From the NCBI GenBank assembly GCA_012744445.1, contig JAAYBZ010000138.1:845-64844 (forward strand): a stretch of 64,000 nt of DNA, in the 5' to 3' direction. Both the position numbers and the translations under genes were made by a program. Of the stretch, positions 62,290-64,000 are shown one piece after another. Source of the DNA: Myxococcales bacterium (GTDB lineage: Bacteria > Myxococcota_A > Polyangia > Polyangiales > Houyiibacteriaceae). The number at the start of each line of letters is the position of its first letter. Positions within the stretch are counted from its first letter, which is position 1. Under the pieces are notes generated by a model, which saw only the letters and a program-made list of their open reading frames with translations, had not been told where the DNA came from and ran no database searches.

Positions 62290-64000
62290 TCAGCGCTCGG
62301 ACGGGAGGAGCAGCCGGAAGGCGCCCTTCGCGTCGGAGGTCGTCTCGCCGAGGCGGACGATGCGGGGCTCGCCGTCTCCCTCCACCTCGACGAAGGCGCG
62401 GAGCGTGGCCTCGGCGAGCGGGAGGCCGTCCTCCGCGAGGAGCGTGCCGGCGAGGACGGTGGGCGCGGGGACCACGAGCTCGTGGCCCGTGCGCGACGCG
62501 GGCGCGTCGATCGGGACCGCCGTCGCCACGGCGTACGGGTAGCCGCGCGTCGCGGCCGGGCGCGCGAAGAGATCGAAGACGCCGAGGTCGATCGGGAGGT
62601 CCACGAGGCCGTCCCGATCCGTCGTCGCCACGCTCGAGCGCGCGTAGTCCACGACCGCGGCCCCGCGGCCGCTGCCCTGCGCGCGAGGCGATGCCTGCAC
62701 CTCGACGAGGTCGATCGGGGCCCCGTCGAAGCCGCGGAGGAAGAGCGCGAGCTCGGCGCGGCGCTCGAGCTCGAAGGCCTGCCCGAGGACCTGGGTGAGC
62801 CCCTCGGCGTCCGGGATGATCACCTCGTCGACGCGGATCGCGAGGTCTTGGGTCTCGAGCGGCGTGATCACGACGGTGAAGGTGCCGGGCTGGAGCTCGA
62901 CGCGGATGCGCCCCGCGTCCTCGCCCTCGCCGCTCAACGTGGTCGTGCGGTAGAACGCGGGCGCGCCGGAGATGGGGTCGGGCGCCTGGGCGGATTGGAA
63001 GGAGACCGTCGCGAGCGGGACGGGCGCGCCGGTCTCCGCGTCGAGCACGAGCGCCTCGTAGTGGACGATCGGGTAGCGCCGCATCTGGAGCTCGAGCGGC
63101 CAGGCGAGGCTCGCGGCCGGGAAGGTGGTGGCGCGGTAGGGGCTGCCGCTGAGCGCCGGGATCACCTGGAGGTCGTAGTCGCCGAGGAAGTCGGGCGAGA
63201 GGCGGAGCGCGAACTGGCCGTCGACCACCTGCGCGGTCGAAGAGACGGCGCGGCCGGTCGCGGGATCGACGGCGCGGATCTCCACGCCGGAGACGGGCGC
63301 CTCGGTGTCGTCGAGGCCGACCGAGGTGAGCGTCCCCGAGACCTCGCACGCCCTCGCCGCGAGGTCGGCGCACGGCTCGAAGAGCGTCGGCGAGAACGTG
63401 ATGTCGAAGGTGCCCTGCCCCGGATCGAAGACCAGGTCGGGGAAGTAGAGCGGCGGGAGCTGGCGCGAGGCGAGCGTCGTCTCGTCGAGCTCGGGCGCGC
63501 CCTGGACGCTGGCGAAGAGCGAGCCGGCGACGCGGACCTCGAGCGAGAGCGACTCCCCGGCCGTCACGCTCACGAGGTAGTCGACGCTTCCGTCGCCGAG
63601 CGGATCGCCGGTCTCGACCTCGACGCGGGCCTCGGGGATGCCGGGGGCCTTCGAGGGGCGGTAGAAGGAGAGCACGGCCGGCACGCGCTGGCCGCGGTAG
63701 CGCACCCGCCCGGAGAGCCGCGTGAGCGGGGCGGTCGTGAGGTCGCGGCGCTCGTTCGTCTCGATCGTGATCGGCGGGAGGACGCTCGAGGCGGGCGCGC
63801 GCCCTTGCTCGGACGGCGCGGTGATCACCTGGAGCACGACGCGCATCGGCGCCGCGGGCTCGGCCGCGCAGACGCCCTCGAAGCAGATCCCGGTCGTGCA
63901 CTGCACGTCGACGTTGCACTCGTTGAGGGCGTCGTAGTGCGTGCCCCGGACGAAGCTGCAGCCCGCGACCAGCGCGAGGAGGGCGAGCGTGATCCCGACG
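62290..64000 (-). CDS. large lipoprotein with carboxypeptidase-regulatory-like beta-sandwich repeats (5' end outside window)
   Basis: The frame stays open from 63906 to the window edge and reads ...GITLALLALVAGCSF (lipobox), then a Cys-rich CNVDVQCTTGICFEGVC motif. The true start lies beyond 64000. Confidence 0.55.
   Translation of the reverse strand, partial: VGITLALLALVAGCSFVRGTHYDALNECNVDVQCTTGICFEGVCAAEPAAPMRVVLQVITAPSEQGRAPASSVLPPITIETNERRDLTTAPLTRLSGRVRYRGQRVPAVLSFYRPSKAPGIPEARVEVETGDPLGDGSVDYLVSVTAGESLSLEVRVAGSLFASVQGAPELDETTLASRQLPPLYFPDLVFDPGQGTFDITFSPTLFEPCADLAARACEVSGTLTSVGLDDTEAPVSGVEIRAVDPATGRAVSSTAQVVDGQFALRLSPDFLGDYDLQVIPALSGSPYRATTFPAASLAWPLELQMRRYPIVHYEALVLDAETGAPVPLATVSFQSAQAPDPISGAPAFYRTTTLSGEGEDAGRIRVELQPGTFTVVITPLETQDLAIRVDEVIIPDAEGLTQVLGQAFELERRAELALFLRGFDGAPIDLVEVQASPRAQGSGRGAAVVDYARSSVATTDRDGLVDLPIDLGVFDLFARPAATRGYPYAVATAVPIDAPASRTGHELVVPAPTVLAGTLLAEDGLPLAEATLRAFVEVEGDGEPRIVRLGETTSDAKGAFRLLLPSER

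Noticed and set aside
59418-63919. 802-aa plus ORF (59418-61826) and 563-aa minus ORF (62228-63919)
   Set aside because: These are shadow frames over the SDR/lnt genes and the large lipoprotein gene. Their composition is Arg/Pro/Ala-dominated.
1-64000. Scan for tRNA, rRNA, CRISPR repeats, IS elements, integrases, phage or defence modules
   Set aside because: None was recognised. The non-coding gaps lack tRNA-like GGTTCGAATCC arms or spaced direct repeats. No transposase, recombinase or typical defence domains appear in any frame.

Overview
This is a very GC-rich, gene-dense chromosomal window; third codon positions are almost all G/C. The gene content points to the replication-origin neighbourhood of a myxobacterium-like genome, based on the many lipobox lipoproteins and a TIGR02265/DUF2378-like family member. 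That taxon call is an inference. I support about 60 protein genes. Housekeeping anchors are dnaJ, recF, dnaN, dnaA, clpB, rpsU, folE, slyD, ppa, lnt and ppnN. I found no rRNA, tRNA, CRISPR array, transposase or integrase. Many long ORFs in the six-frame track are high-GC shadow frames or N-terminal over-extensions, so I trimmed starts using overlaps, signal peptides and family N-termini. Six things seem most worth a second look. (1) A tightly packed dnaJ / orphan FliI-SctN-type ATPase / 621-aa unknown / ketosteroid isomerase unit has no other type III secretion or flagellar gene in the window. (2) dnaA and dnaN-recF are 35 kb apart and divergent, and each has its own DnaA-box cluster. The dnaN-side cluster also has a GATC-dense, AT-rich flank. 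(3) A perfect KstR-type palindrome (TnnAACnnGTTnnA) lies 10 nt upstream of a KshA-family Rieske oxygenase. (4) A three-gene minus-strand operon encodes a Tat-signal cytokinin-dehydrogenase-like flavoenzyme, a DMATS-type aromatic prenyltransferase and a heme-oxygenase-like protein. It looks like a small uncharacterised biosynthetic cassette. (5) A folE / SUOX-fold (PruR-like)+cytochrome c lipoprotein / membrane protein unit lies directly downstream of a hybrid kinase / DUF2236 oxygenase / REC-EAL operon. (6) An encapsulated-ferritin homologue has no targeting peptide and no shell gene nearby. All family assignments come from reading the translated sequences and from memory of family motifs; no searches were run.
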